In this document: positions 19,244 through 27,101 of the stretch, piece after piece | Layout: each line of letters opens with the position of its first letter | Numbering within the stretch: position 1 is the first letter of the stretch | Virus record (IMG/VR): IMGVR_UViG_3300048590_000075 | Coordinates: 1-53,153 of that record | Reading direction: 5' to 3' (one strand) | From: a virus | Taxonomy: Duplodnaviria; Caudoviricetes | DNA: 53,153 nucleotides | Notes under the pieces: generated by a model | What the model was told of the DNA's origin: nothing | Database searches by the model: none | What the model saw: only the letters and a program-made list of their open reading frames with translations | Position numbers and translations under genes: made by a program

Positions 19244-19422
19244 GCCAGCCTCCGAAACAGCCGCCTGAGCACGAATTGCCGGGCCGTCGAGAGCGCGAAG
19301 AACATCGCCGTCACGCCCACGCTCTGCACCGGCGAGAAGCCAAGCACCGCCCATGTCGCCGCCCATGAAACCGCGAGGCCGACAAGCGCGTTGGCAAGGA
19401 CTTCGGCGAGGTCGTGGGTCAT
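19240..19422 (-). CDS. Small two-TM membrane protein
   Basis: E..AN..VG..VS..S.AR.FVLRRLF; coupled to neighbours. Confidence 0.65.
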   Translation of the reverse strand: MTHDLAEVLANALVGLAVSWAATWAVLGFSPVQSVGVTAMFFALSTARQFVLRRLFRRLA

Positions 19423-20453
19423 AGCAGCCGCCCCTGCGCCGGATTGTCGATACAGTGCGGCGAAAACCACAATCGCTCTTTCGTCGCGTTTTCCTCGCCA
19501 CGCCCGCCTCGGCCAGCGCCATAGCCGCCAGCGGTCGACCACTCGTGGACGCGCCATCCGAGCGCCTGAAGGTCGTTGTGTTCGCCGTCATATCCAGCGA
19601 GGACGATCCGCAAGGCCGGGTTGGAGCCGTTGGCCGCGCACCAGCGAAACACGTCCGCTGCGCATCCAGACTCATTTGCATAGACCGCCGCGCGCATGGT
19701 CAGGTCATAGGGCGGGTCGAGAAATACACCGGTCACGCCGCCAGCGGATCGCAGCACCGAAGGGCCGCATACTCGCGACCAGTCGCCGCAGGCAACGCGG
19801 GTGTCATGCAGCCTATCGCGGAGGCCGCAGAACCATTCGGTGAGGAATTGCTTCCGGTTGACGCCCTGCCCGGTGTTGCCGAGGTGGGGAAGCTGCCGGT
19901 TGACGCCCCGCCCGGTGTTGCCGAGGTGGGGAAGCTGCCGGTTGACGCCCCGCCCGGTGCCGCCGAGGTGGGGAAGCTGCCGGTTGACGCCCTGCCCGGT
20001 GCCGATCTTCGTGAATACCCCGTCAACATTGACCCACGGCCCGTCGCCGGAACAGAAGCCGCTGCCGATCCAGCAGTTGATGCCCCACACCCACCAGCCC
20101 GCCGCCTTGGCGTCGTGCCAGTCCGGGTCGGCCATGAGCCGCTCGGTAATGCCGTCCTTGGCGTTGACCAGCCAAAGGTGGCGGGCGTGCAGGTCAGCCT
20201 CGTTGACCGGGTGCGCCGCATGGTGCGCCACCGCATCCGGGTCAGCGGAGACCGCCCGCCAGAAGTTCGCCAGCAGCCCGTCCGCATCGTTGACCGTCTC
20301 GCATCGTGCCGGATGCGGGCGCGCCAGCAGCACAGCGCCCGAGCCGAAAAATGGCTCGACGTAATGCTCTACGTCGCCGATGGCGTCCCATATCAGGTGC
20401 GCAACGCGGGACTTGCCGCCAAACCAGACGAACGGTGGGCGCATGTCATTCAT
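19419..20453 (-). CDS. DNA adenine methyltransferase (Dam/D12 class)
   Basis: WFGGKS, YVEPFFGSGAV, VND, FLDPPY. Confidence 0.9.
   Translation of the reverse strand: MNDMRPPFVWFGGKSRVAHLIWDAIGDVEHYVEPFFGSGAVLLARPHPARCETVNDADGLLANFWRAVSADPDAVAHHAAHPVNEADLHARHLWLVNAKDGITERLMADPDWHDAKAAGWWVWGINCWIGSGFCSGDGPWVNVDGVFTKIGTGQGVNRQLPHLGGTGRGVNRQLPHLGNTGRGVNRQLPHLGNTGQGVNRKQFLTEWFCGLRDRLHDTRVACGDWSRVCGPSVLRSAGGVTGVFLDPPYDLTMRAAVYANESGCAADVFRWCAANGSNPALRIVLAGYDGEHNDLQALGWRVHEWSTAGGYGAGRGGRGEENATKERLWFSPHCIDNPAQGRLL
19854..20001. repeat. 42-bp tandem repeat, about 3.5 copies, inside the methylase gene
   Basis: Units start at 19854, 19896, 19938 and 19980; encode GVNRQLPHLG(N/G)TG(R/Q). Confidence 0.92.
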
Positions 20454-20603
20454 GCCCCACCCCCTGTCGCGGGGGCGCGCCGCCCGGCACCGGCCCCCGC
20501 TTCGGTGAATGACGCGCCGAGGGAGGCAGCGCGCCGGGCGGTATGGTATTCATGGCTTGCGGCCAGCGCCGCCTCACGGCAGCGTGAGGGACAGGCAAGA
20601 CAC

Positions 20604-20837
20604 CTACCGGGCATTGGACGCCTCCGATGAGGAGGCCGGCTCGGAGGTTTTCCAGTTGAATGCAGACATGGGGCAGTCAACGCCGCTGTCTTTGGCAAGT
20701 GCAGACACGACCGGATACCAAGATGCGGGGAACGCCCCCCGCACCACTGCGTTGCCGATGGCGGTCTCGCCCACTTCAAGCGCCGCCGCCAATTTCTTGC
20801 GCCCTATGGCGCCTGCGATCTCGAAAGGTATGCTCAT
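20604..20837 (-). CDS. cro: Cro-like HTH protein
   Basis: IGRKKLAAALEV..AI..A..RG.FPASW; divergent from the repressor. Confidence 0.75.
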   Translation of the reverse strand: MSIPFEIAGAIGRKKLAAALEVGETAIGNAVVRGAFPASWYPVVSALAKDSGVDCPMSAFNWKTSEPASSSEASNAR

Positions 20838-20844
20838 GACAGAG

Positions 20845-20888
20845 CATTATCCACTTTTTGTGGCTCGCCGCAAGACCACATTTGGTAG
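20845..20888 (-). promoter_or_regulatory. Leftward promoter and operators
   Basis: TTGCGG -35; operators CCAC-N5-GTGG at 20851-20863 and a variant at 20876-20888. Confidence 0.7.
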
Positions 20889-20925
20889 TTTGCCGAAGGG
20901 CGCCTCATCAAGCACTCATGTGCCC

Positions 20926-21183
20926 ATGGGCAACGGTGCTGAATATGCTGAGATAGGCGCGCGGCTTGCGGCGATCCGTCGCGGCTTTTCCGGCCTCAAC
21001 CAGAAAGAATGGGCCGCGAAGCACGGTTTCCCGACCACCAGGTGGAACAACTGGGAGACGGGAACGCGCCGCATCCCCGTCGAGGAAGCCGAGAGGTTGT
21101 GCAACCGCTACGGCTTGACGCTTGACGCGATATACCGGGGCAAGCTCGACGGGTTGTCGGAGAGCGTCCGAAACATCTTCTGA
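20926..21183 (+). CDS. CI-like XRE repressor (no S24 peptidase domain)
   Basis: IGARLAAIR..LNQKEWA..WNNWETG.RRIP..LC..YG.TLD.IY.G. Confidence 0.85.
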   Translation: MGNGAEYAEIGARLAAIRRGFSGLNQKEWAAKHGFPTTRWNNWETGTRRIPVEEAERLCNRYGLTLDAIYRGKLDGLSESVRNIF

Positions 21184-21281
21184 TCACACCTGCCCATGTG
21201 CTTGACGACGTGATCCAGCGGAACGTCTAGCGCGTCCGCGATCTCGATCATCCGGTCGAGTCGCCTGTCGATCTCTTGCAT
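21108..21281 (-). CDS. 57-aa ORF antisense-overlapping the repressor 3' end
   Basis: AGGGG RBS; upstream TTGACG-N18-TACGCT; IEIADALDVPLD motif. Confidence 0.4.
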   Translation of the reverse strand: MQEIDRRLDRMIEIADALDVPLDHVVKHMGRCDQKMFRTLSDNPSSLPRYIASSVKP

Positions 21282-21351
21282 GTCCGTACCCCTATATCGA
21301 ACAGAGCGTAAACGACGCTTCCGGACCGCGTCAATAGTGCGCAACAGCGAA

Positions 21352-21401
21352 CCACAAGATGTGTTTTTCTGCTTGCGCGAGCCACAAAAAGTGGTTAGCG
21401 T
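21352..21401 (+). promoter_or_regulatory. Rightward early promoter and operators
   Basis: TTGCGC-N17-TAGCGT with CCACAAAAAGTGG in the spacer and a second site at 21352-21364. Confidence 0.75.
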
Positions 21402-21423
21402 CCTCTCATACCCGGAGGACACC

Positions 21424-22077
21424 ATGACCGACACCGCCACTGCCGCCCCCGCCGACGAAGCGCCCGCGCCCTATGACCAGACGCTGACTCTGGCAGGCAT
21501 TCGCAAGCACGGTCCCTGCGAGGACGGCTGGCGCAAGCTTCTGGCGCATCTCGGCAAGACCCGCGCCGACGATGAGCCGCTGACCATCGCCACCGTCTAC
21601 GCCAGCAATGGCTTTGACGACGCGCTGTGGTGTCTGCGGGCCATGCCGGACGACCGCCTGTCGCGGCATTTTCAGGCGTGGTGCGCAGAGCAGGTGTTGC
21701 ATCTTTTCGAGGCTGAGCGCCCTGACGACGCGCGCGTCCGTGAGCAGATCGCCATGCTTCGCAATGACGCCGCGAGGGACGCCGCGAGGGCCGCCGCGTG
21801 GGACGCCGCGAGGGCCGCCGCGAGGGACGCCGCGAGGGCCGCCGCGTGGGACGCCGCGTGGGACGCCGCGAGGGCCGCCGCGAGGGACGCCGCGAGGGCC
21901 GCCGCGTGGGCCGCCGCGAGGGACGCCGCGAGGGCCGCCGCGTGGGACGCCGCGTGGGCCGCCGCGATGGCCGCCGCGAGGGACGCCGCGAGGGACGCCG
22001 CGAGGGCCGCCGCGTGGGACGCCGCGTGGGACGCCCAAGAGCGTCAATTCCGTCGCATGATCGGACTGGACCAATGA
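21424..22077 (+). CDS. Phage protein with (D/A)AA(R/W) repeats
   Basis: GGAGG RBS; PCEDGW.KLL..LGKT..DDE..NG.DDALWCL. Confidence 0.8.
   Translation: MTDTATAAPADEAPAPYDQTLTLAGIRKHGPCEDGWRKLLAHLGKTRADDEPLTIATVYASNGFDDALWCLRAMPDDRLSRHFQAWCAEQVLHLFEAERPDDARVREQIAMLRNDAARDAARAAAWDAARAAARDAARAAAWDAAWDAARAAARDAARAAAWAAARDAARAAAWDAAWAAAMAAARDAARDAARAAAWDAAWDAQERQFRRMIGLDQ
21766..22035. repeat. 12-bp tandem repeat, about 22 copies
   Basis: G(A/C)CGCCGCG(A/T)GG units. Confidence 0.95.
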
Positions 22078-22385
22078 CCGCTCACGCCCCCATTCCCGAC
22101 GCCCGCGACTGGACGCCCTTCGTGCCGCTCCACGATGCCGAGGACGACGCCGACGACTGGCGCGACGAATTGGGCGCGGCCGATGGTGACGTGCTCCGCG
22201 CGCTCTACGCGACGTGGACGGAGACGGACGGAGGCCACACCTGCACCCTGCACCGGCTCATTGGCGTGACCGCCGAGAATGCCGACGAGCGGCTGTTTCT
22301 CGACCGCGAGACGGTGATCGCGCGCGTCGGCGAGGGCACCGTCGGCCATGCCGAAAACCTCATGGACGAGGACGCAAACCAATGA
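22074..22385 (+). CDS. Hypothetical protein
   Basis: ATGA-coupled, acidic. Confidence 0.65.
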   Translation: MTAHAPIPDARDWTPFVPLHDAEDDADDWRDELGAADGDVLRALYATWTETDGGHTCTLHRLIGVTAENADERLFLDRETVIARVGEGTVGHAENLMDEDANQ

Positions 22386-22615
22386 TGCACACCCCCGACA
22401 TTGACCGGCTCATGGCCGAGGCCCGTCGCCGCGAGGATGCGGAGCGCGTGGAGCGTGAGCGCCGCGAGGCTGCCATTCTGCGCCGCTGGGAGGCCGAGGC
22501 CGAGGACAGCATCTCGGCCGAGGCGTGGCACTACGCGCTGACCCGGCTGGCGGCGATCTTCGCCGTGGGCTCCGCGCTGCTGGCGCTGGCGGGCGCGCTG
22601 GCGGTGCTGCCATGA
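22382..22615 (+). CDS. Hypothetical protein with C-terminal TM helix
   Basis: Coupled; hydrophobic C-terminus. Confidence 0.65.
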   Translation: MMHTPDIDRLMAEARRREDAERVERERREAAILRRWEAEAEDSISAEAWHYALTRLAAIFAVGSALLALAGALAVLP

Positions 22616-22827
22616 CGCGCGAGGCCGAGGCCCGGATCATGGCCAAGCTGCGCGCCGGGCAGGATGTCACACGCGAGGATCACGTCGCCACCATAGACGA
22701 CCTCGCCGAACTTGAGGCTTTCCGCCAGGGCGTCGCCGAAGCCGGGCGCATGACGGCCGATCTGACGACCGCGATCCTGCGGCGCCAGGTGCAATTGCAG
22801 ACCCCATTGGCGCGGCGAGCGCGCTGA
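22612..22827 (+). CDS. Hypothetical protein
   Basis: ATGA-coupled. Confidence 0.65.
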   Translation: MTREAEARIMAKLRAGQDVTREDHVATIDDLAELEAFRQGVAEAGRMTADLTTAILRRQVQLQTPLARRAR

Positions 22828-23178
22828 TACCGGGGCGGGTCCGCGTTCCCGCCCGCCCCGGTCCACATTCGAGGAGAGAGACATGGAAATTCGAGGGCTT
22901 GAGAAGCTTCCGTCGCACATGCGCGACGGCGTGGAGCGCTACGTCCTGCACGGCATTCAGGGCGGCTCATTCCTGACCGAGCTTTTTGCCAACCGCCTCG
23001 TGCAGGCATTCGGCCGCGCGGACGAGGAAAACACCGCCGCCATGCGCGACTGGGCGTCGTGGCTCTACAACGACGCGCCGCGCACCTGCTGGGGATCGCC
23101 AAGGGCTGTCTCCGAGTGGATCGCGAATGGCGGACTGATGGGCCGCGATCCTGCGGCGTGAGGTGCAATTGCAGACCC
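22769..23178. repeat. 36-bp direct repeats (22769-22804 and 23143-23178) flanking an inserted gene
   Basis: CCGCGATCCTGCGGCG-NN-AGGTGCAATTGCAGACCC, 2 mismatches. Confidence 0.9.
22883..23161 (+). CDS. Hypothetical protein (inserted cassette)
   Basis: AGGAG RBS; RYV.HG..GSFL..N..RAD..N..YN.AP..CWGS. Confidence 0.8.
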   Translation: MEIRGLEKLPSHMRDGVERYVLHGIQGGSFLTELFANRLVQAFGRADEENTAAMRDWASWLYNDAPRTCWGSPRAVSEWIANGGLMGRDPAA

Positions 23179-23194
23179 AACAGCGGAGGAAGCC

Positions 23195-23479
23195 ATGACC
23201 GATCCCACACTCACCCCCGAACTCTACGGCCCGGACCATGCCAACCCGCTCGGGCTGGCCGTGGCGAAGGCACGCGCGGACAGCGCGGCGAAGCGCGAGC
23301 CTATCAGCGGCTTGGACTTTGTGAGCGCGCGCGCCCATGCCGGCGACATCGGCGACCGCTGTATCGTCGCCTACTGGATAGACGCCAGGGGCGGCGACAT
23401 CACCTTTCATCGCACCGAGGCCGAGAAGTCGCTGCACCGCCTCGCCGACCTCTTCGGCTATCGGCTGGAGGCGAAGTGA
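23195..23479 (+). CDS. Hypothetical protein
   Basis: GGAGG RBS; coupled to erf. Confidence 0.65.
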   Translation: MTDPTLTPELYGPDHANPLGLAVAKARADSAAKREPISGLDFVSARAHAGDIGDRCIVAYWIDARGGDITFHRTEAEKSLHRLADLFGYRLEAK

Positions 23480-24189
23480 TGGACGGGGGAATGCAGCCCG
23501 CCATCGCCCCATGCGGCGAAGTGCTCGCGGCCATTGCCAAGGCGATGGGTGCCGTCAAGCGCATCGCGCGGGATGGCAAAAACACTCACGACAATTACGG
23601 TTTTGCCAGCATCGACAGTTTTCTCGCGGCGGTAAACCCGATCTGCGCGGATGCGGGCATCATCATCCACATGGATGAGGTTGCGACCGAGGACTTCACC
23701 CGCAAGGGCAAGTTCGGCGAAAGCCCGTGGATGCGCGTCAGGTTTTCCATCGCCGTGCTGCACGTCAGCGGCCAAGGGCTTCCGCCCGTGACGCGATCCG
23801 TCGAAGTGCTGCGGAACGGGGCACAAGCCTATGGCTCGGCTCAGTCCTATGCGCTCAAGCAGTTTCTGCGTGCGCTCCTGCTGATCCCGACTGGAGACAA
23901 GGACGACGCTGACTTTCGCGCGTCCGACGATGGCGAGATCGTCCACGCGAAGGCCGCGCCGAAGGATGAGCCGAAGCGCCCGACGCGTGGCGCGGGTGCC
24001 GAAGCCGCGCAGATCGCCTGTGACAGCCTCGGCGCCGCCGACGACTTGGACGCCCTCGCGGCGATCTGGCGCGACCTCCCGGCTGGCGTGAAGTCGTTGC
24101 CCACCGTGACTGCCGCCAAGGATGCCCGCAAGGCCGCCCTGACGCCCAAGCCCGCTGACGACCTCGGCGGCGACGAAATTCCTTATTGA
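23479..24189 (+). CDS. erf: ERF-family ssDNA annealing recombinase
   Basis: K.G.N..NY.FA..D; QAYGSAQSYALKQ.L..L..IPTGD; acidic tail DEIPY. Confidence 0.82.
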   Translation: MDGGMQPAIAPCGEVLAAIAKAMGAVKRIARDGKNTHDNYGFASIDSFLAAVNPICADAGIIIHMDEVATEDFTRKGKFGESPWMRVRFSIAVLHVSGQGLPPVTRSVEVLRNGAQAYGSAQSYALKQFLRALLLIPTGDKDDADFRASDDGEIVHAKAAPKDEPKRPTRGAGAEAAQIACDSLGAADDLDALAAIWRDLPAGVKSLPTVTAAKDARKAALTPKPADDLGGDEIPY

Positions 24190-24203
24190 TGGAGAAAAGC
24201 GCA

Positions 24204-24410
24204 ATGTTCGTGGCTGTGAAATTCAACCCGTCTGACGTTCGCCATTACACGTATACATATAGCGGCGCCGCAGAAATTTCACCGGGCGATTTCGTTGTGG
24301 TGATGACGCGAGAAGGGCGGAAAGCCGTCGAAGTGTCCGCTGTTGACGTGCAGCCGCCGGCCTTCGAGTGCAAGGAAATTGTGGCCGTTCTCACTGAGAA
24401 GGGCGTGTGA
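24204..24410 (+). CDS. Hypothetical protein
   Basis: VAVKF..YTY..GD.VVV pattern. Confidence 0.65.
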   Translation: MFVAVKFNPSDVRHYTYTYSGAAEISPGDFVVVMTREGRKAVEVSAVDVQPPAFECKEIVAVLTEKGV

Positions 24411-24411
24411 C

Positions 24412-25101
24412 ATGACGCTCGCCGCTCGCGACCACAACAACCCGCCGGACCCGCTTGACGAGGCCATCGCGCCCTTCGGAGACGCCATTTCCGAGGCGGA
24501 AAACTGGCTCGACGGCGAGCCGGTGCAGAACGAGGCGCAGATGAAGGCGATCGACGCACTGTTGCGCGACGTGAAGGCGGCGAAGAAGGCCGTCGCCGAG
24601 GCCGAGGAAAGCGAAGCCAAGCCGATCTATGACCAGTGGAAGGCGGCGAAGGCCCGCTTCGCGCCAACGATCACGGACCTGGACCGCATCGCCAAGGGCC
24701 TCATTGCCATCGTGGACGCATTCAAGCGCAAGTTGGCGGCTGAGAAGGCCGAGGCCGAGCGGAAAGCCCGCGCCGAGGCCGAAGCCCGGATGCGCGCCGC
24801 CGCCGAAGCCGCGCGTCAGGCGGACGCCGGGAATATCGAGGCGCAGCGCGCTGCCGCCCAGGCTCAGGCCGAGGCGGATGAGGCTGTCCGCGCCGCCGCC
24901 CTCGCCAGCAAGGACACCGTGAAGGGCCTGCGTCAGGTGACGCGCTACGCGGTCGACGATCACAAGGCGCTCCTGAACTGGATCGCGCGCAACCGGCGCG
25001 ACGACCTGACGGCATTCATCGACGACTTCGCCAAGAAACATCACAGCGAGGTTCCGGTGGGAAATGGATTGAGGACGTGGAAAGAGCGGGTGGCCTTCTA
25101 A
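24412..25101 (+). CDS. Coiled-coil protein (recombination module)
   Basis: HNNPPDP N-terminus, long coiled coil. Confidence 0.75.
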   Translation: MTLAARDHNNPPDPLDEAIAPFGDAISEAENWLDGEPVQNEAQMKAIDALLRDVKAAKKAVAEAEESEAKPIYDQWKAAKARFAPTITDLDRIAKGLIAIVDAFKRKLAAEKAEAERKARAEAEARMRAAAEAARQADAGNIEAQRAAAQAQAEADEAVRAAALASKDTVKGLRQVTRYAVDDHKALLNWIARNRRDDLTAFIDDFAKKHHSEVPVGNGLRTWKERVAF

Positions 25102-25643
25102 TGACCGAGATCAATCCATCATTGCTGTCAACGCTTCTTGATTACAACCAGAGCACAGGGAATTTGACGTGGCGTCGTCGGTCCGTGGATATGTTCCATG
25201 GAAATTGCCGAATTGCCTCTGCGTGGAATTCTCGATATGCGGGTCGTCCTGCATTTTCAGCGATGAGAAATGGATATAACTGCGGGTCGATATTCGGCAA
25301 AGTTTTTCAGGCTCATCGAGTAATATGGGCTCTTGTTAACGGAACATGGCCCGAAAGTGAAATTGACCACATAAACCATGACCGGAGCGATAATAGAATC
25401 GCAAATCTTAGGCTTGCGTCCAGAGGAGAAAACGCCAGAAACCAAGGCCAAAACAGAAATAACACTAGCGGCGCATCCGGGGTCTATTTTGTGAAAAGAC
25501 GCAGCAAGTGGTTGGCAAGGGTCATTTGCGATGGGGTCTCTGTCTACGAAGGCTATTTCCACACGCGCGATGACGCCATAACCGCGCGCGAAGCGCAGAT
25601 GGCTGCCTTCGGGTATCATCCAAACCATGGGAGGGCCTTCTGA
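25101..25643 (+). CDS. HNH homing endonuclease with AP2-like C-terminus
   Basis: AHRVIW..IDHINHDRSDNRIANLR..N..N..NTSG..GV..W.A; visibly AT-richer than flanks. Confidence 0.92.
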   Translation: MTEINPSLLSTLLDYNQSTGNLTWRRRSVDMFHGNCRIASAWNSRYAGRPAFSAMRNGYNCGSIFGKVFQAHRVIWALVNGTWPESEIDHINHDRSDNRIANLRLASRGENARNQGQNRNNTSGASGVYFVKRRSKWLARVICDGVSVYEGYFHTRDDAITAREAQMAAFGYHPNHGRAF

Positions 25644-25831
25644 TGACCCCCGAGACCGCCCGCGCTGTTGTCGCCGCCTACAAGCGCCGTGAGGACGATG
25701 CGGGCGGCTATGCGCTGGCCGACATGATCGAGTGCGTCCGGCTCGCGGCTGAGGACTGCGGCGTGAGCTATGAGGACGCGCGCGGCGCGCTCTTGGACGC
25801 ATGGGCGGCACCGATGGGGAGCGGCGGGTGA
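25643..25831 (+). CDS. Hypothetical protein
   Basis: TGATG-coupled. Confidence 0.6.
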   Translation: MTPETARAVVAAYKRREDDAGGYALADMIECVRLAAEDCGVSYEDARGALLDAWAAPMGSGG

Positions 25832-26295
25832 TGGCGTCCCGCATTCTCCGCAACGCTGAGGACGTGGACGGCTTCGTCAAGCTCCTGTGCACACTCAAGC
25901 TGCCCCTCACCCTGTCATGGGTGCAGGGCGCGGACAGGAGCACGGAACAAAACGCGCTCATGTGGATGTGGGCGACCGAGGTTGCCGCGCAACTCGGCGA
26001 CCGCACCGTGTCCAGACAACAGGCCGAGTGGAAGTTGACCATCGGCGTGCCGATCCTTCGCGGCGACGACCCCGACTTCCGCGCCAAATACGACAAGTCG
26101 CTGCGCTGGCTGCCCTATGAGACCAAGCTCGACATCATGGAAGCCTTCTTCCCCGTCACCAGCCTCATGAAGGTGCGCCAGATGTGCCGCTTCCTCGACG
26201 GGGTCGAGCGGCAATGCCTTGGCATGGGCTTGTCCCTGACGCAGCCGTCCGACGATCTGGCGTCCTACAACCGCCGCTACGGGAAGGCCGCATGA
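25831..26295 (+). CDS. NinB-like protein
   Basis: RSTEQNALMW.W..EVA.Q..K...GVPIL..VTS.M. Confidence 0.7.
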   Translation: MASRILRNAEDVDGFVKLLCTLKLPLTLSWVQGADRSTEQNALMWMWATEVAAQLGDRTVSRQQAEWKLTIGVPILRGDDPDFRAKYDKSLRWLPYETKLDIMEAFFPVTSLMKVRQMCRFLDGVERQCLGMGLSLTQPSDDLASYNRRYGKAA

Positions 26296-26434
26296 CATTC
26301 CCCGCCCACATCATTCACGCCCCGCAGGCCAGCCGCACGGGCGGGCGGCGCACCCTGCGTAACGACATGAAGGCTCTGCCGACCGGGAGGCGCCTGGCTC
26401 TGGGCAGGCCAGGCTGCCAACATTGGAGGATGGC

Positions 26435-26812
26435 ATGACGCGCGCGCTCCCCGAGTGGATCGGCAAGACGCCGGACACGGCCATTCCCGCCCGCGTGCGG
26501 GTGCGGGTTTTCGAGCGCTACGGCGGCGTGTGCCAGGAGACCGGCCGCAAGATCGCCGCTGGCGAGACTTGGGACTGCGACCACGCGCTTGCCATCATCA
26601 ACGGCGGCGAGCACCGGGAAAGCAACCTGCGCCCCGTCCTGCGTGCCGCCCACCGCGCCAAGACGAAAGACGACGTGGCGATGAAGGCCAAGACGGCGCG
26701 GGTGCGGAAGAAGCACCTTGGGCTGGCGAAGGCCAGGTGCCCGCTCCCCGGCTCAAAGGCCAGCGGGTGGAAGCGAAAAATTTCAGGCGAGACAGTCAGG
26801 AGGGACGAATGA
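26435..26812 (+). CDS. HNH endonuclease
   Basis: VF.R..G.CQ..WDCDH..GG.H.ESNL. Confidence 0.85.
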   Translation: MTRALPEWIGKTPDTAIPARVRVRVFERYGGVCQETGRKIAAGETWDCDHALAIINGGEHRESNLRPVLRAAHRAKTKDDVAMKAKTARVRKKHLGLAKARCPLPGSKASGWKRKISGETVRRDE

Positions 26813-27048
26813 CAGACATTTCCGATCCGCTGACCGACGCGGATGCGCGCATCCGCAGTGCGCTGTGGGCGGCATGGCACGCGCTGGACAACATTGCCGA
26901 AGCGGCGGCGCACACCGTCGGCCAAGTCAGGATCGGCCCGGACGGCGAGGGCCAGGACTTCGCGGACGATCTTGAGGCGATCCGCGACGAAGCTAGCGCC
27001 GCCAGCGCCGCGATCAATGCGTTGATGTACCCTGGAGAGGCGGCATGA
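26809..27048 (+). CDS. Hypothetical protein
   Basis: ATGA-coupled. Confidence 0.6.
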   Translation: MTDISDPLTDADARIRSALWAAWHALDNIAEAAAHTVGQVRIGPDGEGQDFADDLEAIRDEASAASAAINALMYPGEAA

Positions 27049-27101
27049 GCGCCCGTGTCCTGATAGCGTGCGAAACCAGCGGGATCGTGCGGGAGGCATG
27101 A
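27045..27101 (+). pseudogene. 18-aa remnant of a different phage DNA methyltransferase N-terminus
   Basis: [18 protein letters not shown] matches the VL.ACE.SG.VR.A N-terminal motif. Confidence 0.6.

Noticed and set aside
20509-20925. N-terminal extension of the repressor ORF (224 aa)
   Set aside because: It overlaps cro and the operators; the HTH begins at ATG 20926
21766-22035. CRISPR-like array, or the GRRE/PRG repeat proteins in other frames
   Set aside because: Contiguous 12-bp units with no spacers; the other frames are by-products of the repeat
26292-26438. Short ORF and GC hairpins as a possible ncRNA
   Set aside because: No recognisable tRNA or RNA-family features
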